Source: Octopus sinensis (lineage: Eukaryota). Taken from it: a stretch of DNA of 6,966 nt. Every line of letters starts with the position of its first letter. Positions within the stretch are counted from its first letter, which is position 1. The stretch is from positions 1 to 6,966 of the forward strand of contig NW_021829141.1 in NCBI RefSeq assembly GCF_006345805.1. Direction: 5' to 3'. Below the pieces are notes generated by a model that saw only the letters and a program-made list of their open reading frames with translations, searched no databases and had not been told where the DNA came from. Shown here in pieces: positions 6,803 through 6,966 of this stretch. Position numbers and translations under genes: made by a program.

Positions 6803-6966
6803 CTCCTTCTTAGTCAAATCGATCAAGGGCGAATTCATTAAGGCACATTGAGGGCTACCCCTCAGGCTTAATAGCTGATGGGTGGATAGGTGGGTGGGGA
6901 ATGGCGATGGTGCTGGTGGTAGGTTAAGGTCGGGGTAGGGCTTGTTGGTCGGTCGGTCAGTGGGTG

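Noticed and set aside
6825-6836. AAGGGCGAATTC, identical to the TOPO/TA cloning vector junction
   Set aside because: The following bases do not continue as vector polylinker; a 12-mer coincidence.
22-6837. Inverted match TGAATTCGCCTTGA (22-35) vs TCAAGGGCGAATTCA (6823-6837) as terminal inverted repeats of a large DNA transposon
   Set aside because: Only 14 nt with an indel, weak extension, no TSD and no transposase between them; compatible with chance.
203-6851. ORFs rich in His/Thr, Cys/Val, poly-Ser or poly-Tyr (203-406, 207-395, 2114-2518, 2133-2516, 2428-2742, 6311-6634, 6415-6606, 6555-6851)
   Set aside because: Translations of microsatellites and low-complexity DNA with no domain motifs.
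6810-6880. KSIKGEFIKAH / GYP peptides as a Penelope RT-thumb remnant
   Set aside because: Too short, and motif spacing does not fit.

Overview
Repeat-saturated eukaryotic non-coding DNA with no recognisable host gene. The SINE and microsatellite style resembles cephalopod (Octopus) genomes; this is inferred from recalled repeat motifs, not from a search. Contents: (i) a pile-up of minus-strand tRNA-derived SINEs at 817-1805, including one full SINE nested in the head of a related SINE; (ii) a 5'-truncated L1/Tx1-type non-LTR retrotransposon (3107-4667, +) encoding RT-thumb to CCHC zinc-knuckle sequence broken by four frameshifts and flanked on both sides by the same (TATC)n tract; (iii) a Penelope-like element fragment (about 4713-5303, -) with the C-terminus of a GIY-YIG endonuclease and a minimal hammerhead-ribozyme-like motif; (iv) many simple repeats. 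The most notable signal is that the last 42 nt of the nested SINE match the last 42 nt of the Tx1-like LINE (33/42, ungapped). This suggests a SINE mobilised by a sequence-specific Tx1-type partner and possibly targeted into other SINEs.
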